Of a stretch of DNA of 64,000 nt, positions 46,190 through 56,818 are shown piece by piece. Origin of the DNA: Patescibacteria group bacterium. GTDB taxonomy: Bacteria > Patescibacteriota > Minisyncoccia > Phycocordibacterales > JACOZG01. A model generated the notes under the pieces. It did not search any database. It saw only the letters and a program-made list of their open reading frames with translations, and was not told the DNA's origin. The stretch's first letter is position 1; each line of letters begins with the position of its first letter. Location of the stretch: assembly GCA_034658935.1 (NCBI GenBank), contig JAYEGE010000001.1, positions 46,295-110,294 of the forward strand. The letters run 5' to 3'. The translations under genes and the position numbers were made by a program.

Positions 46190-48130
46190 TTAGCTCGCCC
46201 CGCCCCCGCCGCCTCCTCCACCGCCGCCAGCGCCACCACCCCCTCCCGAGGCACCGCCAGACGATGAGGAGAAGGCGCTAGCAAAACTAGAAGAGAGCGA
46301 GGCTGAAAAGGCACTGGCTGAAAATGCCCCAACCGTTCCGGCACTGACATGCCCACTAGAAACAGTTCCGCGATACCATCCCGGCGCTTGCATATGGAGA
46401 GACTCGAAGGCCTTACCCCATTTCTTCTCTACCCCAAAGATCATTGCGTAAGGCAGATACTTTTCAAACAATTCTGGAGTTAAGTTCTGGAGACGATACT
46501 TCTCTGCCGTCTTGAGATACAAAATAAAGCCCAGCCAATCTTGTTTCAATTTCACCCCCCTCGGAGAAAGCCGTGGATTATATTTGAACTGCCATAACCA
46601 AAGAAGAGAGGTGAGGACAGAAATGGCCAAGATCACTAACTTGACCGGACCGCCAAGCGCGCTCGCCAAACCTCCAAAAAACACCGCCGCCCAAACCAAA
46701 AGAAAAACAAGGGCGACAGCTGGGATATTCCAAGTCCGTAACGGCACTTCATAGGCCTGTGTATCTTGTGTGGTCTCTTTATATAACCTTTTCCTCAGGG
46801 CGAACATCTGGGAACGAAAACCTGAACTTGCCGATCGACTACGTTTTGATAGATCTTTAGTGCTCACAGTTTGCCTACCCCGGAAAAGCAAGGAGAGGAA
46901 TTCTTTTTCGTAATCTTCAAGGTCATCTGCGGTCGCTCCTGTCTTAGCCAAACGATATGTCCCCGCCTTACCTCCAAACCTGATAGCTATATTAAACATA
47001 ATCAGAAGGAGGAAGACGGGAGCCATGATAAACGGGACCAGAGAACCAAACGACGAGAATATTGAATCAGAGGCACTGCCCACAACCAGGAGCGCGAGGA
47101 AAATAATTATCAAGCCCCAAAAGATAGGCCGAGCATTCTTACTAAACCATTGCCACACCTTAGAGGCCGACATTTCCTCGACTTCAACGTGCCCTCGAAC
47201 CGCCAAATCTACCACCGTCGCCGCCCAGGCCCGATTACTCATCCGTTCCTTAACAATCAACTCAGCCATGGCCGGCTTCAGCTTCTCCGGCGGTTCATAC
47301 TCGGGCACGATTGTCCTAGAGCGCAGTGGCGCCCTTTCTAATTGATACCAGCGAATCAGACTATGGAGCGCGGTGACCAAAACGATTAATATCGACAGCA
47401 AATAGGCCCAATTATGCTGGAACCACCAGCGCCAAAACACCCCTCGATCGACCAAGCCACGCGGCCAACCGAAGGCAATCGTTACATCCTCCCCCGGCTG
47501 AGCTCCATAGAAATGAAACCGGGCAGTACGAAAATCTAAGATCTCATTACGAGACCTAGCCTGATTAGAATAGGCGTGAGTCGACAATTGGTTGGTGGTA
47601 AATCGATTGGCCGGCAAGAAAACTATTGCCGAAACCTCATTCACCGGCACCTTATAATCCGTGAACAAGTTCCAATAGAGCTCGTCCTTGTCGCTCAAGA
47701 AACTGAGGCCGCCATGGACGCGGTATTTAAGAACCCAATCGTGAGTAGTATTAGCTAAATTGTAGTACCACTCGATCACCACCGCCCCATCTTGGCGAAA
47801 AACGGTATATTTACCCCAACTGGAAGGATCGAGTTTATCAAGCTGCTCACTAGAATAAGCTAATGGTTTATTGCTCAAGCCATCGACTACGCTCAATACA
47901 TCGATATCACTAATCTTATTAAGCGGGATGTCTCGCCACCCCTGATGATAACTGCCCCGGAAACTATAAGTCTGCCGCTCAATTACATCGAAGGTTGTGT
48001 CCTCGTTAACGGTAATTTGATAATCAATTGCTGGGTAATGGTAACGGCGACCGCCTTGAGCGTCAGCAAGGCCGGGCCAAAGAATAAGCCCGACAACGAA
48101 AAACAAAGCAATTAAAGCGAGGCGGCGCAT
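46190..48130 (-). CDS. DUF2207-domain membrane protein with Gly-rich C-terminal tail
   Basis: 646 aa. Signal peptide; N-terminal YHYPAIDYQITVNEDTTFDVIERQTYSFRGSYHQGWRDIP (DUF2207 pattern); central TM helices; C-terminal G-run. Confidence 0.65.
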   Translation of the reverse strand: MRRLALIALFFVVGLILWPGLADAQGGRRYHYPAIDYQITVNEDTTFDVIERQTYSFRGSYHQGWRDIPLNKISDIDVLSVVDGLSNKPLAYSSEQLDKLDPSSWGKYTVFRQDGAVVIEWYYNLANTTHDWVLKYRVHGGLSFLSDKDELYWNLFTDYKVPVNEVSAIVFLPANRFTTNQLSTHAYSNQARSRNEILDFRTARFHFYGAQPGEDVTIAFGWPRGLVDRGVFWRWWFQHNWAYLLSILIVLVTALHSLIRWYQLERAPLRSRTIVPEYEPPEKLKPAMAELIVKERMSNRAWAATVVDLAVRGHVEVEEMSASKVWQWFSKNARPIFWGLIIIFLALLVVGSASDSIFSSFGSLVPFIMAPVFLLLIMFNIAIRFGGKAGTYRLAKTGATADDLEDYEKEFLSLLFRGRQTVSTKDLSKRSRSASSGFRSQMFALRKRLYKETTQDTQAYEVPLRTWNIPAVALVFLLVWAAVFFGGLASALGGPVKLVILAISVLTSLLWLWQFKYNPRLSPRGVKLKQDWLGFILYLKTAEKYRLQNLTPELFEKYLPYAMIFGVEKKWGKAFESLHMQAPGWYRGTVSSGHVSAGTVGAFSASAFSASLSSSFASAFSSSSGGASGGGGGAGGGGGGGGGGAS

Positions 48131-48144
48131 TGTTCCTAAGGGAA

Positions 48145-48702
48145 CTAGAACTTCACTGCCACTGGTTCTTGGGCGGCAGAGTCTTCAGGAATATCGAAGA
48201 ACTCCTTCTTGGTGAAGCGGAAAATGCTGGCGATAATATTGGAAGGGAAACTCTGAGTCTTGATGTTTAAATCGCGAACATTACCATTGTAGAAGCGGCG
48301 AGCCGCCTGGATCTTGTTCTCAGTATCTGAGAGCTCGCGTTGGAGTTCTAAGAAATTCGTGTTGGCCTTCAGATCTGGGTAATTCTCCGCCAAAGCGAAG
48401 ATGCTCTTTAGAGTGCCAGAAAGCATATTTTCTGCCTCGGCCATCTTTTTAGGATCACCGCTCTGGTCAGCCGCCATCGCTTCAGTCCGCGCCTTAGTCA
48501 CTTTCTCAAAAGTACCAGACTCATGGCTGGCGTAACCTTTAACCGTATTTACTAAGTTAGGAATCAGGTCATAACGACGCTTAAGTTGGACTTCGATATC
48601 GGCCCAGGCCTCCTCAGCTCGCGTGCGCAACTTAACAAAACCATTGTAGGCAGCAATGGCCCAAATGACGATCACCGCTACGACTATCAAAATAATCCAC
48701 AT
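48145..48702 (-). CDS. lemA: LemA-family protein
   Basis: 185 aa. N-terminal TM, then AYNGFVKLRTRAEEAWADIEVQLKRRYDLIPNLV typical of LemA. A canonical neighbour of DUF2207. Confidence 0.8.
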   Translation of the reverse strand: MWIILIVVAVIVIWAIAAYNGFVKLRTRAEEAWADIEVQLKRRYDLIPNLVNTVKGYASHESGTFEKVTKARTEAMAADQSGDPKKMAEAENMLSGTLKSIFALAENYPDLKANTNFLELQRELSDTENKIQAARRFYNGNVRDLNIKTQSFPSNIIASIFRFTKKEFFDIPEDSAAQEPVAVKF

Positions 48703-48781
48703 AATAAAATTAATTAGAGTTAATAAACGCCTCTATTTCTGCCCTCATTTTAGTATATTTTACTAAGGCCGGCAAACGATC

Positions 48782-49531
48782 CTATCGGGCAATGATGAAT
48801 CTGAAGGTAGAGAGAATTTGGTTGAATAAGTCGATTCTCGGGTCCCCCACATCCAATGATCCAATCGCCAACTGTCCAGAGTTTTGCCAATCACCAACAT
48901 TCCAATTCACCAAAATGAAACTTTGAAAGTCATCGCCGACAGTATAAGGTTGGGGGTCAAAGTACTTAATTACGTATTCACCCCCGGGGATTAACACTAC
49001 TCTCTCCTCAGTCAACTCCCAGGCCTCATGCCCAGTTTCTGGTATTAGTAAAGAAAGGGACATCGCTACTCCGCCCGCAAAATCGACAAATTCGAGGCGT
49101 TCCCCGACAGCCGCTTGCCCAGCCTCAATTTGCCACTCCTCCGGATACTTAAACTCAAACCCATACTCCTCATTGCGGTAGGTTTGCCACCCCTCGACTT
49201 CGCTCGGGGCAGGCCCGGCCAGTGGGTCAGAGGCGGGAGCAGGAGCTGGGGCCTCAGGAGTTTCAACATTATCAGAGGCTGGTGGCAAATCTTCGATAAG
49301 GCGATCCTGTGACTGCCAATACCACCACCCAGCAGCAACGACGAGGATAACGAGAACAATTGTGGTAATAAGAGCGCCATAAGAGTGGGGCGACTTAGGA
49401 GGTTTAATCGTTGGGGGCACTGGCGAGGCAGGAGGAGCTGGGGGCTTTGGTGGTACGGGCGGAACCGGAGGGACGGGGGGTGAAGTTGGAGCAGGATTAG
49501 GTATTGGATTTTGATTATCTTGTGGGGGCAT
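48782..49531 (-). CDS. Hypothetical membrane protein with proline-rich N-terminus
   Basis: 249 aa. PVPPVPPVPPKPPAPP repeats, one TM helix, and an extracellular domain. Confidence 0.5.
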   Translation of the reverse strand: MPPQDNQNPIPNPAPTSPPVPPVPPVPPKPPAPPASPVPPTIKPPKSPHSYGALITTIVLVILVVAAGWWYWQSQDRLIEDLPPASDNVETPEAPAPAPASDPLAGPAPSEVEGWQTYRNEEYGFEFKYPEEWQIEAGQAAVGERLEFVDFAGGVAMSLSLLIPETGHEAWELTEERVVLIPGGEYVIKYFDPQPYTVGDDFQSFILVNWNVGDWQNSGQLAIGSLDVGDPRIDLFNQILSTFRFIIAR

Positions 49532-49602
49532 GTTGATTAAATAAATTTAATAATAAAACTTTGTCTTTTCTTTATTCCTATATAATAACCCACACTGCAA
49601 TC

Positions 49603-49635
49603 AAAAACTATCCACCACTTCGGCGGATAGTTTTT
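49603..49635 (-). terminator. Bidirectional Rho-independent terminator downstream of groESL
   Basis: aaaaactatcc-accacttcggc-ggatagttttt: an 11-bp stem with A-run/T-run arms, about 35 nt after the groEL stop. Confidence 0.6.
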
Positions 49636-49668
49636 GATTTCAGTTTTTAGTTCTTGACTCCGACCAAA

Positions 49669-51345
49669 TTACATCATCCCGGGCATGCCTCCCATGCCGG
49701 GCATGCCACCGCCCATACCAGGAGCGCCGCCGGCTGGTTCATCATCCTTAGGCTCATCGGCCACCGCAACTTCAGTTGTTAGCAAAATGCCGGCAGCAGA
49801 AGCGGCGCGCTCGATGCCGGTCCGGGCCACCTTAACTGGGTCGATAATCCCTGCCTGGTACATATCAGATACGATGGCGTCAGCGTTGGCGTCATAACCA
49901 CCATTGCCCCGACTGTTCTTAATCTTATCTACGATCACTTCGCCATCATCCTTACCGACATTAACCGCAATCTGACGGAGCGGCGATTCAAGAGATTTAA
50001 GAAGCACCTTTACACCGACCTCAAACTCAGCGGCGATGTCAGCTGAAGAAGATTTGATATTTTTCTTGGCCACCGCGGCGCCGGCGCGGACCAAGGCAGT
50101 CCCGCCTCCGGTAACTATTCCCTCTTCAATCGCCGCTTTAGTGGCTTCAACCGCATCTTCAATCTTGAGCTTCTTGTATTTCATATCAGCCTCAGTAGAA
50201 GCGCCAACCTTAATAACGGCAACACCACCAGAGAGCTTACCTAAGCGCTCCTGTAATTTCTCTTTATCGTAACTAGAGTCAGTAGCTTCGATTTGCTGAC
50301 GGATTTGCCTGACCCGCTCTTCAATATCAACCTTCTTACCGGCACCGCCGACAATAGTAGTGTTGTCCTTAGTGGCTACCACCTTGCGAGCTTTACCCAA
50401 CATTTTCAGCTCAACGCCATCAAGCTTCAGGCCAACCTCTTCAGAAATCACCCGACCATTAGTCAAGATAGCGATATCTTCAAGCATCTCCTTACGTCGA
50501 TCACCAAAGCCAGGGGCTTTTATCGCCAGAGTATTGAAGGTGCCGCGGAGCTTATTAACCACCAAGGTAGCCAAGGCTTCACCCTCCACATCCTCAGCGA
50601 TAATCACTAGGTCCTTCTTACCACTCTGGGCCAACTTCTCGAGCAAAGGAACAATCTCTTTGACTGAGGAAATCTTCTTGTCAGTAATCAAAATTAATGA
50701 GTCATCATAGGCCGCCTCCATCCGCTCACTGTCGGTAATCATATAAGGAGAGGCAAAGCCTTTATCAAACTGCATCCCCTCCACCAACTCCGATTCGATG
50801 CCGAAGGACTGTGACTCCTCCACCGTCACCACTCCATCTCGGCCAACCTTATTGATTGCCTCGGCGATGATTTCACCAAACTCTTCTGACTCTGAAGAAA
50901 TAGAGGCGACTTGCTTGATTTCTTCCTTATTATTGATGGGCTTGGCCATGCCCCTGAGCGACTTAACCACTTCTTGAGCCGCCCTCTCAATGCCGAGCTT
51001 AACACCCATGGCATTAACGCCTAGAGTCGTCTTCTTAAAGCCCTCATTCACAATTGCCTGAGTGAGTACCACGGCAGTAGTGGTCCCATCACCAGCGGCA
51101 TCGTTAGTCTTAGAGGCCACGTCCTTAATAATCTCGGCACCCATATTTTCAATCTTGTCTTTGATTGAAATCTCCTTAGCAATGGAAACACCGTCATTAG
51201 TAATAGTCGGCGCGCCGAAACCTTTGTCGAGAATAACGTTGCGACCTTTTGGGCCAATGGTAATCCGGACGGCATCAGCCACCTGGTCAACACCTTTCTT
51301 TAATGATTGCCTAGCCTGATCTCCAAAAATAATTTGTTTACTCAT
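49669..51345 (-). CDS. groL: Chaperonin GroEL
   Basis: 558 aa. Unmistakable GroEL sequence with C-terminal GGM repeats ([16 protein letters not shown]). Confidence 0.95.
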   Translation of the reverse strand: MSKQIIFGDQARQSLKKGVDQVADAVRITIGPKGRNVILDKGFGAPTITNDGVSIAKEISIKDKIENMGAEIIKDVASKTNDAAGDGTTTAVVLTQAIVNEGFKKTTLGVNAMGVKLGIERAAQEVVKSLRGMAKPINNKEEIKQVASISSESEEFGEIIAEAINKVGRDGVVTVEESQSFGIESELVEGMQFDKGFASPYMITDSERMEAAYDDSLILITDKKISSVKEIVPLLEKLAQSGKKDLVIIAEDVEGEALATLVVNKLRGTFNTLAIKAPGFGDRRKEMLEDIAILTNGRVISEEVGLKLDGVELKMLGKARKVVATKDNTTIVGGAGKKVDIEERVRQIRQQIEATDSSYDKEKLQERLGKLSGGVAVIKVGASTEADMKYKKLKIEDAVEATKAAIEEGIVTGGGTALVRAGAAVAKKNIKSSSADIAAEFEVGVKVLLKSLESPLRQIAVNVGKDDGEVIVDKIKNSRGNGGYDANADAIVSDMYQAGIIDPVKVARTGIERAASAAGILLTTEVAVADEPKDDEPAGGAPGMGGGMPGMGGMPGMM

Positions 51346-51347
51346 AT

Positions 51348-51653
51348 TTATTCAATTATCGCCAAAATGTTCGACTCGCTGATTAAGTAATAAGTCTTGC
51401 CGTCAACCTCAACCTCATCTGGTCCATATTTAGAAAAAATAACTTTCTGTCCTTTCTTCACAAACATCGGAGCTAAGCCGCCCACATCAGTCCGCCGCCC
51501 CTCCCCCACGGCAACAACCCTACCGCGATCGGCCTTCTCCTTATCAACTGTGTCCGGTAATATAATCCCGCCCTCAGTCTTGCCCTCACCACTACCATCA
51601 GGCTGGACTAAAACTCGATCCCCCAGGGGTTTAATATTGATTCTACTACTCAT
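51348..51653 (-). CDS. groS: Co-chaperonin GroES
   Basis: 101 aa. IKPLGDRVLVQP and mobile loop. Confidence 0.9.
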   Translation of the reverse strand: MSSRINIKPLGDRVLVQPDGSGEGKTEGGIILPDTVDKEKADRGRVVAVGEGRRTDVGGLAPMFVKKGQKVIFSKYGPDEVEVDGKTYYLISESNILAIIE

Positions 51654-51765
51654 ATTAGTACAAGATTATTGATAATATTATTAATCGGAACCCATACTAC
51701 AACAAAAGACTCAGTAAAATCAATGACTTGCATTATTTCTACCCCCTGTTATACTAGTCTCAACG

Positions 51766-51999
51766 ATGGATATCCTAGCTAGTTTATTACCTTGGATACA
51801 AGTGGTTGTGTCGGTCTTGCTTGTAACGGCCGTCCTAATGCAACAAAGTGGAGCCGGCCTGGGCGGCGCCTTTGGCGGTGGAGGAGACGACGGTGGAGTA
51901 GCCTATGCTAAGCGCGGGGCAGAGAAGATCCTTTTCCATGCCACTATTGTTTTGGGTATTTTGTTTGCCCTATCCAGTATCCTTATCCTTTTCGTTTAA
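51766..51999 (+). CDS. secG: Preprotein translocase subunit SecG
   Basis: 77 aa. Two TM helices flanking a Gly-rich loop LMQQSGAGLGGAFGGGG. Confidence 0.7.
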   Translation: MDILASLLPWIQVVVSVLLVTAVLMQQSGAGLGGAFGGGGDDGGVAYAKRGAEKILFHATIVLGILFALSSILILFV

Positions 52000-52054
52000 T
52001 TTCTAGTTTCAGTTTATTTTAGCAATTAATTATATTGGTCTAATTTGACCGCCT

Positions 52055-53842
52055 ATGCCTCTCATAAACAAACCCGGCTCCCAAGTGGAGCCTAAGCCGG
52101 GTAGACTCCTGGTTATCGCCTCACTTCCCCCTCGTCAAAAATGGCTCATCTTTGGGCTTCTCTGTGTTGCCCTAATCGCCTTATTAGTTAGCATTGGCGA
52201 AATCAACCGCCGCCTCACCGTTAGTGTTAGTGCTGCTGGCGGCGAGATCAGGGAGGGCATAGTAGGCACGCCACGTTTTATAAACCCCCTTTTATCTGTC
52301 TCCAACGCCGACCGCGACTTGACTACCCTGATCTATTCCGGACTCTTGCGGGTCAGTGCAACAGGCCAATTAGTACCCGACCTGGCCGCCAATTACCAGA
52401 TGTCAAATGACGGACTAACCTACACCTTTACTCTTAAAGATGGTCTGACTTGGCAGGATGGCCAACCCTTAACTGCAGCCGACATCGAGTTCACTATTCA
52501 GAAAGCTCAAGACCCATCACTCAAAAGCACTAAGCGAGCGGCCTGGGAAGGAGTAGCGATTAATCTGACTGACGATAAGACGATCGTCTTCAAACTTGCG
52601 CAACCTTATCCCGCCTTCTTAGAAAACACAACCTTAGGGATCTTGCCTAAACATCTTTGGGACAAATTCGATTTCGAGACTTTTGGTCTAAACCAATTCA
52701 ATAGCGAACCTATCGGCTCTGGCCCCTACCAGATTCAGTCGATCAAGAGAGATAACCTAGGTATCCCTGAACATTATGTTCTTAAGCCTTTCGATAATTT
52801 CGCCCTCAGCCCACCAAAAATAAGCCGAGTGATTACACGCTTTTACCCCAACGAAGGAGAATTAGTGGGGGCCTACGAGCGGGGTGAGATCGACAGCTTC
52901 GGTGCCATATCGGCCGAGACTGCGGCCAATCTAGAAGCCGGCGGAGCGGAAATCACCCAGGCCCCCCTGCCACGAGTCTTTGGAGTATTCTTTAATCAAA
53001 ACCGAGCCCCTGTCCTAGCCCACCTTGAAGTCCGCCAGGCTCTGGACCGAGCCGTGGACAAGCAGGCGATCATTGATGGCGTGCTCCATGGTTACGGCGC
53101 CATCGCTAGTGGACCCCTCCCCTTCTTTCCACCTCTTAAAGTATTGCCTGATCTCGAGGAGGAGGACCCGGACCGAGCAGTCGTAGATGGGGTACCAGCT
53201 AGAATCATCGAGGCTAAGAGTATCCTCAACCAACATGGTTGGGATTGGGACGAAGAGGAGAAAGTTTGGATTAAAGAGATCAAAAAGGAAACAACCATCC
53301 TCTCTCTATCTCTAGCAACTGCCGATACACCAGAATTGAAACAGGCCGCCGAAATGATCAAGGATGATTGGGAGCAATTAGGCGCCACAGTTGAATTAAA
53401 AATCTTTGAGTTAGGCGACCTAGACCAAGACATTATTCGACCCCGTCAATATGATGCACTTTTCTTTGGTGAGATCTTAGGCCGTCAACCTGACCCTTTC
53501 GCCTTCTGGCACTCCAAGCAACGCCTAGACCCAGGCCTAAACATTGCCATGTATACCAGCACCAAGGTCGATAACCTTTTAGACGAAATTCGAAGTGGGC
53601 GCGATCTCGATAAATTAAATACCGATTATCAACGCTTTCACGAATTAATTTTGATCGACATGCCAGCCGTCTTCGTTTATTCACCTTATTTCCTTTATCT
53701 GACTCCCGCAAAGGTCATTAGCGCGCCCTTGGTACCCATCAACACAACTGCCGACCGCCTACTCAATATTCACCATTGGTACGCTAATTCTGACCGAGTC
53801 TGGTCTGTTTTCGCCACTGATTATAATCGTTTACCTGATTAA
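52055..53842 (+). CDS. ABC transporter substrate-binding protein, family 5 (peptide/nickel type), orphan
   Basis: 595 aa. N-terminal TM/signal-anchor and SBP_bac_5-like domain organisation. No adjacent permease or ATPase genes. Confidence 0.7.
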   Translation: MPLINKPGSQVEPKPGRLLVIASLPPRQKWLIFGLLCVALIALLVSIGEINRRLTVSVSAAGGEIREGIVGTPRFINPLLSVSNADRDLTTLIYSGLLRVSATGQLVPDLAANYQMSNDGLTYTFTLKDGLTWQDGQPLTAADIEFTIQKAQDPSLKSTKRAAWEGVAINLTDDKTIVFKLAQPYPAFLENTTLGILPKHLWDKFDFETFGLNQFNSEPIGSGPYQIQSIKRDNLGIPEHYVLKPFDNFALSPPKISRVITRFYPNEGELVGAYERGEIDSFGAISAETAANLEAGGAEITQAPLPRVFGVFFNQNRAPVLAHLEVRQALDRAVDKQAIIDGVLHGYGAIASGPLPFFPPLKVLPDLEEEDPDRAVVDGVPARIIEAKSILNQHGWDWDEEEKVWIKEIKKETTILSLSLATADTPELKQAAEMIKDDWEQLGATVELKIFELGDLDQDIIRPRQYDALFFGEILGRQPDPFAFWHSKQRLDPGLNIAMYTSTKVDNLLDEIRSGRDLDKLNTDYQRFHELILIDMPAVFVYSPYFLYLTPAKVISAPLVPINTTADRLLNIHHWYANSDRVWSVFATDYNRLPD

Positions 53843-53865
53843 ATAATAACCACAAAAATACAAAT

Positions 53866-55659
53866 ATGAGTCCAACAAGCACATCCCGCCCCCGATCACG
53901 CCGCCCTCAAGGGCCACGTCGACCAGGCGCCCCCCTGAAAAGTCGGCCCAAGGGGGCGGCCAAGGCCATTCCCCCACTTAAACCTGGCAATATCCGAATT
54001 GTTACATTGGGCGGCGTTGAAGAAGTTGGCAAGAACATGACCGCCATTGAGTACAATGACGAAATTATTATCATCGACGCCGGCCTAAATTTCGCTGGCG
54101 AAGAAGCTCCGGGTGTCGACTATATTATTCCCGATATCACCTACCTGGAAAAGAACAAGTCGAAAATAAGAGGAATTTTCATAACTCACGCCCATTTGGA
54201 TCATATTGGTGGGATACCCTTTGTAATGAGCCGCATTGGTGATCCGCCTATTTACACCCGCAAATTAACATCATTAATGATCCAGAAGCGGCAAGAAGAA
54301 TTCCCTCACTTGCCGAAACTCAATATAAGACTCGTTGAAGAGTCTGAGCGGATTAGAGTGGGTAAATTATGGATCCGCTTCTTTGGCGTAACCCATACTG
54401 TCCCCGACGCAATGGGAGTTATCTTAGAGACACCCCAAGGTTGGATCGTAAATCCCGGTGACTATAAATTAGAGCATAAAGACGGCGTCCCCAGTAAACG
54501 CGAAGAGGGTAATTATAAGGTGTTCGATAAGGAAAAAGTGCTCTTGCTAATGGCCGATTCAACCAACATCGAAAACCCTGGATTTTCAACTCCAGAGAAA
54601 TCGGCCCACGAAGGTATCGACAAATTGATCCAAGGCGTAAGAGGCCGTCTGGTTATCGGCACTTTTGCCTCCCAATTTGAACGAATGATAAAGATCATCG
54701 AATCAGCCGAGAAGCACGGCCGCAAGGTGGCCATTGAGGGGCGGAGCATGAAGACCAACATTGAGATTGCCAACTTAGCAGACATGCTCAAGGTTAAAAA
54801 GGGCACCCTAGTCCCGAGTCAAGAACTCGACCGTCTCCCGGACAATAAGGTCCTAGTGTTGGCAACAGGCGCTCAAGGAGAAGAATTCGCCGCCCTAATG
54901 CGGATGGCCACTAAGAGCCACAAACATTTCAAATTTAGGAAGGGCGATACGGTGATTCTCTCGTCCTCAATTATCCCTGGTAATGAGAAAACGGTTCAGC
55001 GCCTGAAAGACAATATCGCCCGCCAGGGCGCCAAAATAGTCCATTACCGAACTTCCGATGTTTACGTCCACTCCTCAGGACACGGTAATCGTGGAGAAAT
55101 CGAGTGGTTACACCGAAAGTTAAAGCCAAAATTCTTCATTCCCGTTCACGGCCATCATTATATGTTGAGAGTGCACTCGGAATTGGCCCAAGAGATAGGC
55201 ATGGACGAAAAAAACATTATCGTCCCAGATAATGGCTCGGTAATTGAGATTAACGCCGAGGGCACAAAAATCGCAACCCTCAAGGAAACGGCCCCTCATC
55301 GAGTAATTATGGTTGACGGCCTGGGTAGTGGAGACGTTGAAGAAGTGGTTATCCGCGACCGACAGATGTTAGCCCAAGACGGCATGTTCGTTATTATCGC
55401 CATCATCGACGTTTCCACCGGTAAGGTCCGCAAATCACCCGACATTATTTCCCGCGGCTTTATTTACCTGAAAGAGTCTCAGGACCTCCTGCGCCAAGTC
55501 CGAATTATTACCAAGAAAAAGATTGAGGAGACGACCGCCCAAATGCATCCGATCAATTTTGACTATGTTAAGAACGCTGTCCGCGAAGAAGCTGGCCGTT
55601 ATCTATACCAAAAAACACATAAACGCCCAATCGTCCTACCAGTTTTGATTGAGGTTTAG
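53866..55659 (+). CDS. rnj: Ribonuclease J (beta-CASP metallo-beta-lactamase)
   Basis: 597 aa. HAHLDHIGG motif, beta-CASP motifs, and C-terminal domain. The basic low-complexity N-terminal extension (first ~35 aa) is unusual. Confidence 0.85.
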   Translation: MSPTSTSRPRSRRPQGPRRPGAPLKSRPKGAAKAIPPLKPGNIRIVTLGGVEEVGKNMTAIEYNDEIIIIDAGLNFAGEEAPGVDYIIPDITYLEKNKSKIRGIFITHAHLDHIGGIPFVMSRIGDPPIYTRKLTSLMIQKRQEEFPHLPKLNIRLVEESERIRVGKLWIRFFGVTHTVPDAMGVILETPQGWIVNPGDYKLEHKDGVPSKREEGNYKVFDKEKVLLLMADSTNIENPGFSTPEKSAHEGIDKLIQGVRGRLVIGTFASQFERMIKIIESAEKHGRKVAIEGRSMKTNIEIANLADMLKVKKGTLVPSQELDRLPDNKVLVLATGAQGEEFAALMRMATKSHKHFKFRKGDTVILSSSIIPGNEKTVQRLKDNIARQGAKIVHYRTSDVYVHSSGHGNRGEIEWLHRKLKPKFFIPVHGHHYMLRVHSELAQEIGMDEKNIIVPDNGSVIEINAEGTKIATLKETAPHRVIMVDGLGSGDVEEVVIRDRQMLAQDGMFVIIAIIDVSTGKVRKSPDIISRGFIYLKESQDLLRQVRIITKKKIEETTAQMHPINFDYVKNAVREEAGRYLYQKTHKRPIVLPVLIEV

Positions 55660-56810
55660 CGGAGCATATCGATCACTGCGTAGACACTACCTATAGCAAA
55701 AACGAGGATTAGAAAGATCCCGATCAGTAAACTACGGCGGAGATTGAAAATGCGGCTTTTGATGTCGCCCATTTTCTTGGCTCGCCAAAAAGCCAAAACG
55801 ATTAAGATGGCAAGTATACCACCGACAATGGCGCCCGTGATATTAAGCACACCGATAAAACTATTCACTCCGGCCAAAAAGACTAGAATAGGGGGCGCCA
55901 CCACTAGAGGCCAAGACAATTTACTACTTATGTTCCAATCCCATTCAAAAGAGCGACGTAGGATAACACCCGACATAACAAAACTGGTGCTCATGGTAAA
56001 GAAAGCGAAAATATTACCCAAGATAAGCGCCCAGGAGCCAAGTCTTTGACCTAAACCAACCGTCGCCACTTCAGTGGTAGCTGAGCCCGTAACTCCCACT
56101 ACTATCACAGCAAAGATCAGATAGAGAGCAATGGGGACGAGGCTACCAACAGCAATGGCCCAACGCAAACGTCGAGGATTATCTGGTATAAGCTCCTCCA
56201 TCTGTGGGATAGCCCCCGTGCCACCAAAAGCAAAAAGCATCACCCCAAAAGGCAGGAAGAAACTGGGCCAGTTGACTGTAATCAAATTATCGAGACTTAA
56301 TTGGGCAGAGCTAGCGGCTGCGATTATGATGACCACCACAAAAATGGCGATTGTAAACAAGAGTTCAAATATAGCAATGGACTTGATCTGCCGCGCCAAA
56401 AGAGCGGCGCCGGCGATGAAGAAAACGATAGACCAGAAAAAAGGGGTCCCACCTAAAATGGCGGCTAAAACCTCCCCTTCGCCGATTATATAGGCCAGCA
56501 TAGCGCTATAGGCACCAAGATAGAGAGCCATTACAGATAGACGGCCACCCCAAGCGCCAAGATACTTTTTCGACAAACCAGCTAATTGGCGAGGTTGGCG
56601 AGTCCGCGCCACCACTTCACCCATCATTAGATTCAGAACCAAAAATAGTAGCCCGGCGCCGATGATGTAAGCGACTCCAATACCGATTCCAACCTGGGCC
56701 ACCACGAAAGGAATGCCGAGAATCCCGGCGCCAACGATAGTGCCAATCAATAAGGCAACTGTCTCTAAGCCCTTTTTCGATTCAGATAACACTACCCACA
56801 ATTTTAACAC
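55656..56810 (-). CDS. Amino-acid permease-like transporter (APC superfamily, Trp/Tyr-permease-like)
   Basis: 384 aa, about 11 TM helices. N-terminal LIGTIVGAGILGIPF motif. Confidence 0.5.
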   Translation of the reverse strand: MLKLWVVLSESKKGLETVALLIGTIVGAGILGIPFVVAQVGIGIGVAYIIGAGLLFLVLNLMMGEVVARTRQPRQLAGLSKKYLGAWGGRLSVMALYLGAYSAMLAYIIGEGEVLAAILGGTPFFWSIVFFIAGAALLARQIKSIAIFELLFTIAIFVVVIIIAAASSAQLSLDNLITVNWPSFFLPFGVMLFAFGGTGAIPQMEELIPDNPRRLRWAIAVGSLVPIALYLIFAVIVVGVTGSATTEVATVGLGQRLGSWALILGNIFAFFTMSTSFVMSGVILRRSFEWDWNISSKLSWPLVVAPPILVFLAGVNSFIGVLNITGAIVGGILAILIVLAFWRAKKMGDIKSRIFNLRRSLLIGIFLILVFAIGSVYAVIDMLR

Positions 56811-56818
56811 ATCCCAAC

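Noticed and set aside
51653-51766. Strand switch between groES (minus) and secG (plus) as a possible replication origin
   Set aside because: The spacer is only about 110 nt, I could not find DnaA-box-like 9-mers (TTATCCACA and variants), there is no dnaA or dnaN nearby, and minus-strand genes resume after 55656.
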